Below, piece by piece: positions 30,090-39,921 of a DNA stretch of 64,000 nucleotides (positions are counted from its first letter, which is position 1; each line of letters begins with the position of its first letter). The notes below the pieces were generated by a model. It saw only the letters and a program-made list of their open reading frames with translations, made no database searches and was not told where the DNA came from. A program made the translations under genes and the position numbers. Origin of the DNA: Candidatus Spyradenecus sp. (GTDB lineage Bacteria; Verrucomicrobiota; Verrucomicrobiia; Opitutales; UBA953); the NCBI GenBank assembly GCA_045535075.1, contig JAZSKX010000014.1, forward strand, positions 1-64,000, given 5' to 3'.

Positions 30090-30630
30090 GGCGGATAAGT
30101 CCCAATTTATTCACATTCAAGGGGAATTACTTGCGGATACCGTTCCCGCGGGAACGACGGTCTGTCGGCGCGCCCGCCTCCGTGCGGTGCGTGCGCGCAC
30201 GCGAAGCCGACGCATTTGCCGATTCTTCTGAAATGCTGATAAATAAAGGGATGGAAAGAAATTGGAACATTGAAATTAAAGAATTTTTTTCGGGTTTCGG
30301 GCGGAAAATCGCCGTTCCCGAGGCTGTAAAAAGACTGCGGTCGGAGGCCTTTTTTCGCAAGGTGTTTCTGTAAACAGTTTATTCCCAATTAATTGTGAAT
30401 AACTTTTTTTAATTTCATGCTTGAAAAAATCATTCAAAAATTTTTCGCCGTGAAATCCCTTTTTTTAAGCCCTTCTGCGCTGTAAAGTTTTTTTTAAGGA
30501 AAAATATACACGCCTATTCACAGCCTATTCTCAGCTTATTCACATTAAAAAATAGATATTTTATTATTAGAAAAAGTTATAAATGGAAGAATCTGTGAAA
30601 ATAAATTTTACGTTTAAGTTGGTTTTTAAT
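30090..30630. promoter_or_regulatory. Probable replication origin / DnaA-box cluster upstream of dnaA
   Basis: TTATTCACA-type boxes at 30107, 30394 (reverse) and 30536; variants at 30379, 30514 and 30525; three tandem boxes at 11-bp spacing followed by a very AT-rich tract (30545-30630). Confidence 0.7.
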
Positions 30631-30788
30631 CAGAGCTCGCGGGAACGAGAGGCGGCGGACGAAGCAAGTTCGTTGGAAAAATATTGAGAAGCAAAATTAC
30701 CCGTCTCGTTCAAGGCGATTCGGGTAAGGACAAAACGAGAAAGTTCCGTTTAACGCGGACTTCGGAATTTCCGGTACTCGGCTTCCTT

Positions 30789-31451
30789 TTACAGGCTTCT
30801 CAAAGCTGCAATTGTGCTGAGATTTAAATCTCGAATGCCGTCAAGAACAACATCGGCGCCGGCGCGCTCAAGAAGCGACTTCGGATTCAACGTGGCGACG
30901 GCGACGGTTTTGATTCCGGCGTTGCGTGCTGCTTCAATTCCGGCAATCGTGCTTTGTACGGCAATGCATTCGGACGGATCGCATTCGACGGATTTTGCCG
31001 CGAGCAGAAAGGCTTCCGTTTCGGAAACGGGGGTTTGGACGTTCCCGTGCGCGATAACAACCGGAAAATAGCTTTTCAGATCCAAAAGTTCTAAAAGCCA
31101 AGTGATTTCTTCCCGAAACGCGGGGCAGGCAATTGCACAGGCGATTTCACGATCTTTAAGCGCCTGAAGCAGCGCGCGGATACCGGGTTGCGGCTCGGCG
31201 GCTTCCTCCGTGAAAATATGCTTTAGGAGCATTGCCCGCCGCTCCGAAAGCTCATTTATGCGTTGCGGATCCGAGCTCCAATTTAAAATTTTTGAGATGG
31301 TGAAGCGAGTACTGTGTCCGAAACTTTTACCGAGGTAGCCGGCGCAAAGCTCAAGCCCGCATTCGTCGGCAAGCATTTCCCAGCTGCGTTTGTCGTACTC
31401 CGACGAATCAAAAATGACGCCGTTCCAGTCAAAAATAACACCGGTTTTCAT
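30789..31451 (-). CDS. HAD-family hydrolase (beta-phosphoglucomutase-like; catalytic motifs diverged)
   Basis: VIFDWNGVIFDS motif I (DxN instead of DxD); GIEAARNAG; expected EDS motif reads QST. Confidence 0.75.
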   Translation of the reverse strand: MKTGVIFDWNGVIFDSSEYDKRSWEMLADECGLELCAGYLGKSFGHSTRFTISKILNWSSDPQRINELSERRAMLLKHIFTEEAAEPQPGIRALLQALKDREIACAIACPAFREEITWLLELLDLKSYFPVVIAHGNVQTPVSETEAFLLAAKSVECDPSECIAVQSTIAGIEAARNAGIKTVAVATLNPKSLLERAGADVVLDGIRDLNLSTIAALRSL

Positions 31452-31595
31452 GGGGTTGTGAGGTTAGTGTGAGAAAGGGTAGTTTTTGACTTATACCAAT
31501 TTCTTCTCCGAAATAAAACTCAAAATTCCGAAAACGATTCTGCCTTGATGAATCCTCACTTGCATCTATATAATCGAAACTTTCGCATTAACATT

Positions 31596-31997
31596 ATGCT
31601 CTTAGACATTCTTCATTCCAAAATTTTGCGTGCCGAAGTTACCGACGCGCAGTTGCATTACGAAGGCAGTCTCGCCATCGATACCGAAATCATGGATATG
31701 ATCGGCATGCTTCCGAACGAAAAAATCCTTGTCGGAAACATCTCGAACGGGCATCGCTTCGAAACCTACGCCATTCCGGCGCCCGCAGGTTCCCGCCAAT
31801 TCTGCCTCAACGGTGCGGTCGCGCATCTCGGAAAAGTCGGGGATCTCATCGTTATCATGTCTTTCGCACGCATGACACCCGAAGAAGCCAAGGCTTGGAC
31901 GCCGCGCGTTGTTGTTTTCGGCGACGGAAATTCTCGCATTGTAAAGCTGACTTCCGACATCGCCGATCCCGCCGTTGTCGCAAAATTCAAGCGCTAG
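31596..31997 (+). CDS. panD: Aspartate 1-decarboxylase
   Basis: SKI.RA.VT.A.LHYEGS (Gly-Ser cleavage site), NG.RFETY.I, LNGA.AH and GD..IMS. Confidence 0.93.
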   Translation: MLLDILHSKILRAEVTDAQLHYEGSLAIDTEIMDMIGMLPNEKILVGNISNGHRFETYAIPAPAGSRQFCLNGAVAHLGKVGDLIVIMSFARMTPEEAKAWTPRVVVFGDGNSRIVKLTSDIADPAVVAKFKR

Positions 31998-33538
31998 TCG
32001 GCTTCGACAAAATTTTCTCGGGCTTCGACAATAACGCCCGGACGTAATCCCGCGCAGAAAATCGTGCGGGATTTTTTTGTTGCCGTTCCCGTCGCATCGG
32101 CTTCAAGCCAGATTTCGATTTCGGCGACAGTTACGGCTGCCGGATGCGGGACTTCGGAAATCGTTTTCCACCAACCGACGCGTTCTCGTCGCAAATACCA
32201 CGGGAGCGGCCAATATTCCGGTCCGACAAGCGCGACAAAAAAGTTTCTCGGATTTCCGCCGCCCGCGATGAAATTCGCTTTCGATTTTTCAATTGCGGGA
32301 ACGATTTTTACGATGTCGTCGTACGGATGTTCGTATCGAAGCCCGCTTTCGCTTTTCCCGAAATCCGGAACCCGACAAAGTGCCCAAAACAGGAAAATCG
32401 CGATAATTCCCCGTTTGATCCGGTTTTCATAAATCGTACGTAAGACCCGGGATTCAGCGACAAGCGCCGGCATCAAGGCGATTCCGGGAATAAGCCCCAA
32501 AACGCACCACGGTGTTTTGTAAGGAAGTAGTGAATACAAGATGAGTATGGCGAGTGTCGCTGATGCGGTGAAAACGATTTTTGAAAAATCGCTCAGCATG
32601 AAACGGCATCCGAATTTGCGTTCTTTGCGTGTGGGAAAAAATGTTCGCAGGAGAAACAGCGCGAGCGGCGTTCCCGCGAAAAAGAGAAGCCAACGCTCAT
32701 TTTGAGAAAGGAGCTTCGCATAATAAAAAAACGATTTGCCGTGCGGCGATTCCGAGTTCGTTCCCGTAAAAAAATAATTTTTGAAGGCAACGAAAAAATC
32801 CGCCAATCCGCCGGGATTTTGTCCGAATGAACTGTAAAAAAGCGCGGCAATCGTTCCCGCAGCGACGGTGGCGATACCAAGGCGATTGGCAAATTGCTTT
32901 GCAGATTCTCCCGGCTCGTGAAAATGCCGCCGCAAGAGGATAATTCCTGCGCCGCCGAGCGCGAATGCCGCCGCCATGAGAAGCCAAGTTTCTTTGCTCG
33001 CAACGGCGATTCCCGCGCAGATTCCTGCGAGCAAGGCGTTTAATAAATTTTTTTTCCTAAAAAACCAAATGCCCGCCGCCGTCCAGGCAAAGACGACTAA
33101 GACTGTTTCCTGAATAAAATAGCCGGAATAAAAAGCGGCAATTTGCGAGGCGGCGAGAAGTGTCCCCGCAAGTGCTACAGGAAGAATTTTCTTCCCGAAA
33201 AAACTCAGCGGAATCAGCACGCAACCGAGCGCTCCGACAATCGCGGGAACGGCGCGCACAAGCGTTTCCGTCAACTCGGCGAAACTGGCGATTCCGAAAA
33301 TTTTGCAAAGCCAAAACGTGAAAAAATAAAGCGTCGGACCGTGAAAATCCTGAGGATTATAGACGAACGTTTTCCCGGCGAGCATTTCTCCGACGCGGTA
33401 AGCCTGAACGGCTTCGTCGCTGTGCATTGCGCGTGTGTCGATTCCCTCAAAACGTAAGTAAATCGAAAATACGAAAATCGCCGCGAGCGTTCCCGCGAAA
33501 ATCAGATTTCGGGTAATCGGCGACGGATTTTTCGGCAT
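31994..33538 (-). CDS. GT-C-like polytopic membrane protein (TIGR03663/Agl23-like)
   Basis: MHSDEAVQ, YNP..FHGP.LY, SKETW, H.K.FFYY, PYKTPW and YWPLPWYLR motifs; many TM segments. Confidence 0.7.
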   Translation of the reverse strand: MPKNPSPITRNLIFAGTLAAIFVFSIYLRFEGIDTRAMHSDEAVQAYRVGEMLAGKTFVYNPQDFHGPTLYFFTFWLCKIFGIASFAELTETLVRAVPAIVGALGCVLIPLSFFGKKILPVALAGTLLAASQIAAFYSGYFIQETVLVVFAWTAAGIWFFRKKNLLNALLAGICAGIAVASKETWLLMAAAFALGGAGIILLRRHFHEPGESAKQFANRLGIATVAAGTIAALFYSSFGQNPGGLADFFVAFKNYFFTGTNSESPHGKSFFYYAKLLSQNERWLLFFAGTPLALFLLRTFFPTRKERKFGCRFMLSDFSKIVFTASATLAILILYSLLPYKTPWCVLGLIPGIALMPALVAESRVLRTIYENRIKRGIIAIFLFWALCRVPDFGKSESGLRYEHPYDDIVKIVPAIEKSKANFIAGGGNPRNFFVALVGPEYWPLPWYLRRERVGWWKTISEVPHPAAVTVAEIEIWLEADATGTATKKSRTIFCAGLRPGVIVEARENFVEAD

Positions 33539-34920
33539 CAGGATTTTTTCTTGCGGGAAGGCTTTGCGTTTTGGCGGCGAATTTTTTCGCGAAGTTCGTT
33601 CCATCGTGCAAGGCGTTCGGCGATGGCGGCTTCCGTTCCGTTTGTTTTCGGCGTGTAGATTTTAAGCGGCGTTTCCAAATAGGTCTGCCCGGAAATGCCT
33701 TCGGGAAATTCGTGCGAATAAAGATAATCCGCGCCGTTCCCGAGCGATTTGTTCAGCTTGTTATGGGCATCGCGCAAATGCGCGGGAACACGTTGGCGAG
33801 GCGTTTCGCGAATCAGGGCGCGCGCGGCGAAAATGGCTTCCGTTGCGCTGTTGCTTTTCGGGCAAGTCGCAAGAAAAAGTGTGGCGTGCGCGAGCGTCAG
33901 CTGTGCTTCCGGCATTCCGATAAAATCGCAAGCCTGTTGCGCGGCCACGGCAACCGTGAGCGCGCGTGAGTCCGCCAATCCGATGTCTTCGCTTGCTAAA
34001 ATTACAAGCCGACGCGCAATAAAACGCGGGTCTTCGCCGCCTTCGAGCATAACGGCGAGCCAATAAACCGCCGCATCCGGGTCGCTCCCGCGAACCGATT
34101 TGATAAACGCCGAAATCGTGTCGTAATGCTCGTCTTCGTTGCGGTCGTAGCGGATTTGGCGTTCCCGTGCGAAGGCGGCGATATCGTCGAGGGTCAGGGC
34201 GGAATTCGGCGCGTGCCCGAGGGCGACGGTTTCGAGCGCGTTTAAGGCGCGGCGCATATCGCCTTCGCTCATGCGTGCGAGCGCGAGCAAGACTTCTTCG
34301 GTTGCGGAAATTTTTAGAGAGCCCAATCCGCGTTCTTCGTCGGCGAGCGCGCGTGCGAGCGACGCGACAACGTGTTTTTCCGCGACGGGTTCGAGCCGGA
34401 AAAGATGCGAGCGCGACAGCAACGGAGGAATGACGTAAAAGCCCGGATTGTGCGTCGTGCAACCGATGATGCGGACGTTGCCGGCTTCGACGTCGGGCAA
34501 AAGCAAATCCTGTTGCGCTTTGTTAAAGCGATGAATTTCGTCGATGAGCAGAAGCGTTCGCTGCGACGGATTCGCGCGCGCCATGCGCAAAATATCGCGC
34601 AGTTCCGCCGTGTTTGAAAGTACGGCGTTGATTCGGACGCAACGGCAATGCGTGACGGCGGCGATGACTTCCGCGAGCGTGGTTTTTCCGCAACCGGGCG
34701 GACCGTAGAAAAGCAGACTGCCGAAATTGTCCGTCGAAATCAGACGCGGCAAAAGTGTTCCCGCGCCGAGAATTTTTTCGTGTCCGAAAATTTCTTCCAG
34801 ATTGCGCGGGCGCATACGTGCCGCCAACGGACGCCGGAAACCGTGTTCCCGCGTTTCTTCGTGCGGCGTGTTTTCTTCAATATTTTCCGCAAAAAGCGAA
34901 TCTGTAAAGTCGTCGGACAT
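33538..34920 (-). CDS. rarA: Replication-associated recombination protein A (RarA/MgsA)
   Basis: PLAARMRP, GPPGCGKTT, DEIHRFNKAQQD, HYDTISAFIKSVRGSDPDAA and ASEDIGLAD. Confidence 0.95.
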   Translation of the reverse strand: MSDDFTDSLFAENIEENTPHEETREHGFRRPLAARMRPRNLEEIFGHEKILGAGTLLPRLISTDNFGSLLFYGPPGCGKTTLAEVIAAVTHCRCVRINAVLSNTAELRDILRMARANPSQRTLLLIDEIHRFNKAQQDLLLPDVEAGNVRIIGCTTHNPGFYVIPPLLSRSHLFRLEPVAEKHVVASLARALADEERGLGSLKISATEEVLLALARMSEGDMRRALNALETVALGHAPNSALTLDDIAAFARERQIRYDRNEDEHYDTISAFIKSVRGSDPDAAVYWLAVMLEGGEDPRFIARRLVILASEDIGLADSRALTVAVAAQQACDFIGMPEAQLTLAHATLFLATCPKSNSATEAIFAARALIRETPRQRVPAHLRDAHNKLNKSLGNGADYLYSHEFPEGISGQTYLETPLKIYTPKTNGTEAAIAERLARWNELREKIRRQNAKPSRKKKS

Positions 34921-34983
34921 TGAGACGTCAGTCTAAGCCTTAGCGCTTTATTCTTAAAGAAAAATTCCGGTTTGCAGCGGGAG

Positions 34984-35817
34984 TTACTGCGCTGTCGCGT
35001 TTTTACTTTCCTCCTGAATGTTGTTGCAAATTTCGATAAATTCGGCGAGGGGAACAGGAAAAATTTCTTCCCGGTCCAAGTTGAGGTTTTCCGGATTACC
35101 GGTAAAGCGGATACTGTTTTCTACGTTGCTCGGGTAAAACGAAAATTCGGTCGACGGGGGAGAAATTTGTTTTGAGATTGCACTTCCGTTGCGGGCGAAC
35201 ATTTTTACGGATACCGTTTCCTTTTCTTTGACGAGGTAGATGTGCGGAGCAAGCGAAAGTTGCGGATTATGTTTGTCGGGGAAGTTGACAATCAGAAGGA
35301 AAATCGCCGGGAGTACAATCCAGGCAAGCTTTATACCCCATGTTGCGGGAACGGTTTTTCCGTACTTTTGCATTCCCGCGGGATTACTTTTTTTCAGAAG
35401 CAGATAAAGAAAGATAGTGACTGTTACAATTGAAAGATAGGGAATCGGAAAGTCTCCGAAGAGTAGAATCCACCAACCGCTAAGTCCGGCATCGTGAAAA
35501 CGGCGAACCGTATGCGTCCAGAAAAAGAAAGTTATTTGTAGCGCGACTAAAATCTGCAGATTGTACAGGACGATTCCGGTCCAAAACGGAAAACTCGCCT
35601 GAAAGTAAAGCTCTTTGAGCGAATAAGCACCAAAAATTCGGAGGAGAAGCTCGAAGCCGAGTTGATCAAGCAAAAGTCCGACGGCTGTAATCGGAATCAC
35701 GGCAAGCCAGTAATTCTGCCTCGACATGCAACCTGAAAAAGTTCCATGATTTCGATAGGCATCAAGCCAAGCTTTTTTTAATGTTTCCACGATTGCGGCG
35801 GAGTCGGGAGAATTCAA
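34984..35817 (-). CDS. DUF805-domain membrane protein with C-terminal extension
   Basis: F.G..SR..YW and VRRFHDAGLSGWWIL motifs. Confidence 0.75.
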   Translation of the reverse strand: MNSPDSAAIVETLKKAWLDAYRNHGTFSGCMSRQNYWLAVIPITAVGLLLDQLGFELLLRIFGAYSLKELYFQASFPFWTGIVLYNLQILVALQITFFFWTHTVRRFHDAGLSGWWILLFGDFPIPYLSIVTVTIFLYLLLKKSNPAGMQKYGKTVPATWGIKLAWIVLPAIFLLIVNFPDKHNPQLSLAPHIYLVKEKETVSVKMFARNGSAISKQISPPSTEFSFYPSNVENSIRFTGNPENLNLDREEIFPVPLAEFIEICNNIQEESKNATAQ

Positions 35818-36818
35818 TTCCGGATTGCGGAGAGAACTTGAAACGCGTGCCCCATTTTCCCCGGATGAATAATTTCGATGAGTTTGGCGCGTTCCCGTAT
35901 GGCGCTTTCCGAGTGTTGGCGCTCGCCGGCATCAATGATTTTTTGAATCGCGGGCAGGGCGAATTTCATGAAAAAAGCTTCTTGTCGAAGCGTTCGGACG
36001 CGGGAAAATCCGGCGGCTTCGGCAATCGGTTCGAGGCGATCCCAAAGGACGTGGCAAGTCAAGTCCTGCTCTCCCGGGCGTGCCGTTAGTGCATTGCTCT
36101 GTGAGTGGCGGAAATAAGCGCGTGCCGTTCCCGCAGGAAACGTGTCGAGGCAATCGGCGAGGCGTTTCCCGTAATCGGGAAAAATCATTGCGCCGTGCCA
36201 ATTGCCGGCGAGAATTTTTTGCAAAAGCATTTCGGCGTCGAGCGCAATGTCCAAGTGCCAGTCTTCGTCTATTTGTTGCGGGAGCGCCTCTGAGATGAAT
36301 CGGGCGAGGGCGTCTGTCGAAATTTCGGGTAAGACGGTTTCAAGCCATTCGCCGTCGCGGGAACGGAAGACACCGATTTCCCGCCATTTTCCTTCTTTAA
36401 AAACGAGTCGGTGAAACGGTTGCGCGTCCAGGAGTTCGTTTGCAAAGACAACGGACTTTTCGGGAATTTCAATAGTTTCGCCGAGGCGGAATGTTTTTGT
36501 TTCTGCGAAAACGCCGGCGGCTTCCTCCAAATGGCATTGTCCCGGTTCGGCGCCGATTTCGACGAATGTGCATTCGCGGGAGTCTATGCCGGCTTCCGCC
36601 AAAAGGCTTTGCGCCGAGGCGACGAGGAGTTTCCCGAAAACATCACCCATCGTCGCGGAGGTGTAAAAATCCGTGCCCGCCGCCGTACCGACGCGTTCCC
36701 GTTTGCGTGCGTAGTAACCGTACTTGGGCGCAAAAAGCGCGATTTCGCAAAAATCCCGAAAACTCAAAATTCCGCCGCGTTCCCGCGCCGCAATGTTTAA
36801 TAGCGCATCTATTCCCAT
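35814..36818 (-). CDS. SAM-dependent methyltransferase, MidA/NDUFAF7 family
   Basis: GYY...G...DFYTS, EIGA..G, ANELLDA.P, DYG and PGEQDLT.HV. Confidence 0.88.
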   Translation of the reverse strand: MGIDALLNIAARERGGILSFRDFCEIALFAPKYGYYARKRERVGTAAGTDFYTSATMGDVFGKLLVASAQSLLAEAGIDSRECTFVEIGAEPGQCHLEEAAGVFAETKTFRLGETIEIPEKSVVFANELLDAQPFHRLVFKEGKWREIGVFRSRDGEWLETVLPEISTDALARFISEALPQQIDEDWHLDIALDAEMLLQKILAGNWHGAMIFPDYGKRLADCLDTFPAGTARAYFRHSQSNALTARPGEQDLTCHVLWDRLEPIAEAAGFSRVRTLRQEAFFMKFALPAIQKIIDAGERQHSESAIRERAKLIEIIHPGKMGHAFQVLSAIRN

Positions 36819-36830
36819 CGGGTTTCCCGT

Positions 36831-38786
36831 TTATTTTTTGGCGCGCACACGGGAACGCTTTTTGCGCGCGGGAACGAGGTAGGATTTGTTTTTAATGAGA
36901 TTTTCGTAGAGCGCAAGCAACGCGATGCCTTCCCGCGGGCGCACTTTATCCGCCTTGGTCGCTCGATCGATTTCGCGTTTGAGCATACGGCAAAGATCGT
37001 CGGCGTTGTATTGAATCATGTTCAGAATTTTATCGACCGAGTAGCCGGAGATGGCTTCTTCGATGTAAAACCCGTCTTCTTCGTCGTCTTCGAGGAAGAC
37101 GTGTGCCTCATCAACGCGTCCGAAAAGATTGTGCAAATCGCCGATGATGTCCTGATAGGCGCCGACGAGGAAGACGCCGAGGTAATAAGGCGCATTCGGC
37201 GTGATCTTGTGCAGATTGAGCGTGTTGCGAATATCTTCGAAATCAACGAATTCGGAAACCTTCCCGTCGCTGTCGCAGGTGATATCGACGAGCGTTGTCG
37301 GCACCGTCGGTTTTTCGGTTAGGCGATGGACGGGAGCGATCGGGAAGAGTTGTCCGATTGCCCAACTGTCGAGCAAAGATTGAAAAACGGAGAAATTGCA
37401 GACGTATTGTTCCGAGAGCATGACGTCCAAATCGAGCAAGTCTTCGGGAACGTTGCCTTCGAGCGAGGGAATTTCCTTGTGAATTTGGCGGCAGATGTGC
37501 CAAAAAAGGCGGTCGGCTTCGGCGCGGTTTTCGAGGTTGAGATAGCCGTGTTGGAAAAGCGAATGCGCTTCTTCCCGTTTTTGTCGCGCATCGTGGAAGC
37601 GTTCAAGCAGTCCGTAATGGCTTCCGCCGTTGAGAATTTCTTCGAGTTCCCGCACGATGGGCGCTTTTTTGCGCGTGACGAGCGGTTGCGCCGTGTCGTC
37701 CGCCGTTACGATGCGCCCGACGGCTTCGGTAATCAAAATCGCGTGCGGTGCAACGATTGCTCTGCCGCTTTCCGAAGTAATTGTCGGGTGGGCAATATCC
37801 GCGTCATCGCAAACCGTCTTGATGTTGGCAACGACGTCGCGCGCGTAAACTTCCATCGAATAATTCATGGAGCTTTCGTAGTTTGAGCGGGAACCGTCGT
37901 AGTCGATCCCGAGCCCGCCGCCGACATCCAGATGTCCCATCGGGAAGCCCATTTTAACCAGCTCGCAGTAAAAGCGTGCCGCTTCCGTAACCGCTTTTTT
38001 GATGGTTAGAATATTCGGTACCTGCGAGCCGATGTGGAAATGCAGGAGGCGGAGCGACGCCGTCATTCTCGCGCGCTTCAGTTTTTTTGCCGCCAGAATA
38101 ATTTCGCCCGGCGTCAGTCCGAATTTCGCATATTCGCCGGTTGATTTTGCCCATTTGCCTTCACCGCTGGTCGTGAGTTTAACACGAAATCCGATTTGCG
38201 GTTCCGCGTTCATTTCCTTGGCGATGCGGATAATTTGATCTACTTCATCGAGTTGCTCGACGACAATAATCGTGCGCTTGCCGAGACGTTGTCCGAGCAA
38301 CGCAAGACGAATGTAATCTTCGTCCTTGTATCCGTTGCAAATCAGCAGGGCTTTTTTGTTCTCAAGCAATGCGAGCGCGATTTGAAGTTCCGGTTTACTT
38401 CCTGCTTCGAGACCGTAATCGTAGTCGTCTCCCGCATCTAAAATTTCTTCAACGACTTCCCGTAACTGGTTTACTTTAATCGGGAAAACTCCCTGGTAGC
38501 GCCCGCGGTAGTTCTCATCTTCAATTGCCGCGCGGAAAGCCCGATTGAGTTGAATCACGCGGGAACGCAAAATGTCCTGGACGCGAATGGTCATCGGCGG
38601 ACGCAACCCCATGCTTTCCGCTTCTTTAATGATGTCCGTGATGCGAATGTGTCGGGCGTCGCCTTGCGGATGAACGTTCAGGAAGCCTTCTTCGTCCACG
38701 GAAAACAGATTCGCACCCCAGCGTTTAAATCCGTAATAATCTTCGGCTTGAGCCGGCGTCCACACAGTCGTCTGATTTTTTTTCAT
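36831..38786 (-). CDS. speA: Biosynthetic arginine decarboxylase
   Basis: FPIKVNQ (PLP Lys), GLEAGSKPEL, HFHIGSQ, DVGGGLG.DYDG, SESGRA, DITCDSDG and GAYQ..GDLHNLFG. Confidence 0.96.
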   Translation of the reverse strand: MKKNQTTVWTPAQAEDYYGFKRWGANLFSVDEEGFLNVHPQGDARHIRITDIIKEAESMGLRPPMTIRVQDILRSRVIQLNRAFRAAIEDENYRGRYQGVFPIKVNQLREVVEEILDAGDDYDYGLEAGSKPELQIALALLENKKALLICNGYKDEDYIRLALLGQRLGKRTIIVVEQLDEVDQIIRIAKEMNAEPQIGFRVKLTTSGEGKWAKSTGEYAKFGLTPGEIILAAKKLKRARMTASLRLLHFHIGSQVPNILTIKKAVTEAARFYCELVKMGFPMGHLDVGGGLGIDYDGSRSNYESSMNYSMEVYARDVVANIKTVCDDADIAHPTITSESGRAIVAPHAILITEAVGRIVTADDTAQPLVTRKKAPIVRELEEILNGGSHYGLLERFHDARQKREEAHSLFQHGYLNLENRAEADRLFWHICRQIHKEIPSLEGNVPEDLLDLDVMLSEQYVCNFSVFQSLLDSWAIGQLFPIAPVHRLTEKPTVPTTLVDITCDSDGKVSEFVDFEDIRNTLNLHKITPNAPYYLGVFLVGAYQDIIGDLHNLFGRVDEAHVFLEDDEEDGFYIEEAISGYSVDKILNMIQYNADDLCRMLKREIDRATKADKVRPREGIALLALYENLIKNKSYLVPARKKRSRVRAKK

Positions 38787-38898
38787 TTCTCGAAAAAGCA
38801 GTGTAAAGATTCGAACTTCGAAGTTTAGGAATTAACGGGATAAAATTAAAGATTAAAGAGCGACCGGAAGCGAAGCGGGAATTGAAAATGAGCAAGAC

Positions 38899-38946
38899 AA
38901 AAACGCGTTCCCGCGGAGTCAGTCACGGGAACGCGTTTGTTTTTTC
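38899..38946 (-). terminator. ilvE terminator made of an inverted motif pair
   Basis: aaacgcgttcccg-N12-cgggaacgcgttt with flanking A/T tracts. Confidence 0.8.
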
Positions 38947-38966
38947 GGATGATAAAATTCGGGAAA

Positions 38967-39836
38967 TTACGCAATCATCGTGCCGTCGATGCGGACTTTT
39001 TTGCGGAAGAGTTCGAGGATTTTTTCCGTGAGCGGACCGCATTTGCCTGCGCCGATTTTGCGTCCGTCGAGTTCGACGACGGGAACGACTTCTGCCGCCG
39101 ATCCCGTAATAAAAGCTTCGTCCGCATTCCAAATGTCATAGCGCGTCATGTCCGTTTCGACGACGGGAATGCCGAGTTCGCGTGCGCATTCCATCGCCGC
39201 CGAGCGCGTAATGCCGATGAGCAGCCCGGACGCGGGAGCAGGCGTGATGAGCTTTCCTTTGTGAATGATGAAAATGTTGTCGCCGGAGCATTCTGCGACG
39301 TTGCCCTGGTCGTTGAGCAAGAGGCATTCGTCGTAGCCGCAGTTAATCGCTTCGATTTTGGCGAGAATATTGTTCAAATAATTCAGCGATTTGACCATCG
39401 GCGGGAGCGCGGCAACGCTCATGCGGCGCGTCGGCACCGTGATGAGTTTAATGCCGTTGGTGTATACTTCCGGCGGATACAATTTAATGGAATCCGCGAT
39501 GATAATCATCGACGGTTTGGAGCAGTTGCGCGGGCTGAGTCCGAGGTCTCCCACGCCGCGCGTGATGACGGTGCGGATGTAGCCGTTGGCAACGCCGTTG
39601 CGGCGGCAGGCTTCGACGTGTGCCTGCGCGATTTCCTCACGGCTCCACGGCAAATCGAGCGCGATGGCTTTCGCCGAGTATTCGATGCGTTCGAGGTGCG
39701 CGTCGAGTTTGAAAATGCAGTTGTCGTAAACGCGAATGCCTTCAAAAAGCCCGTCGCCGTAGAGCAAACCGTGGTCGAAAACAGAGATTTTAGCGTCTTC
39801 TTTTTTGTAAAATTGTCCGTCGATGTAAACTTCCAT
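38967..39836 (-). CDS. ilvE: Branched-chain amino acid aminotransferase
   Basis: DHGLLYGDGLFEG.R.Y, KSLNYLNNILAK, ECSGDNIF, L.GITR and ADEAF.TG.AAE. Confidence 0.95.
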   Translation of the reverse strand: MEVYIDGQFYKKEDAKISVFDHGLLYGDGLFEGIRVYDNCIFKLDAHLERIEYSAKAIALDLPWSREEIAQAHVEACRRNGVANGYIRTVITRGVGDLGLSPRNCSKPSMIIIADSIKLYPPEVYTNGIKLITVPTRRMSVAALPPMVKSLNYLNNILAKIEAINCGYDECLLLNDQGNVAECSGDNIFIIHKGKLITPAPASGLLIGITRSAAMECARELGIPVVETDMTRYDIWNADEAFITGSAAEVVPVVELDGRKIGAGKCGPLTEKILELFRKKVRIDGTMIA

Positions 39837-39921
39837 AAGTGCGCCTATGGAATCACTCGGCGAGCCGAAACGCAAAGATTTTCTTTCCGGAATTAAAATT
39901 GCGGAAAAATCTGCGGGAACG

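Noticed and set aside
30032..30388. Short ORFs upstream of dnaA
   Set aside because: They overlap the dnaA promoter/DnaA-box region and have no protein-like features.
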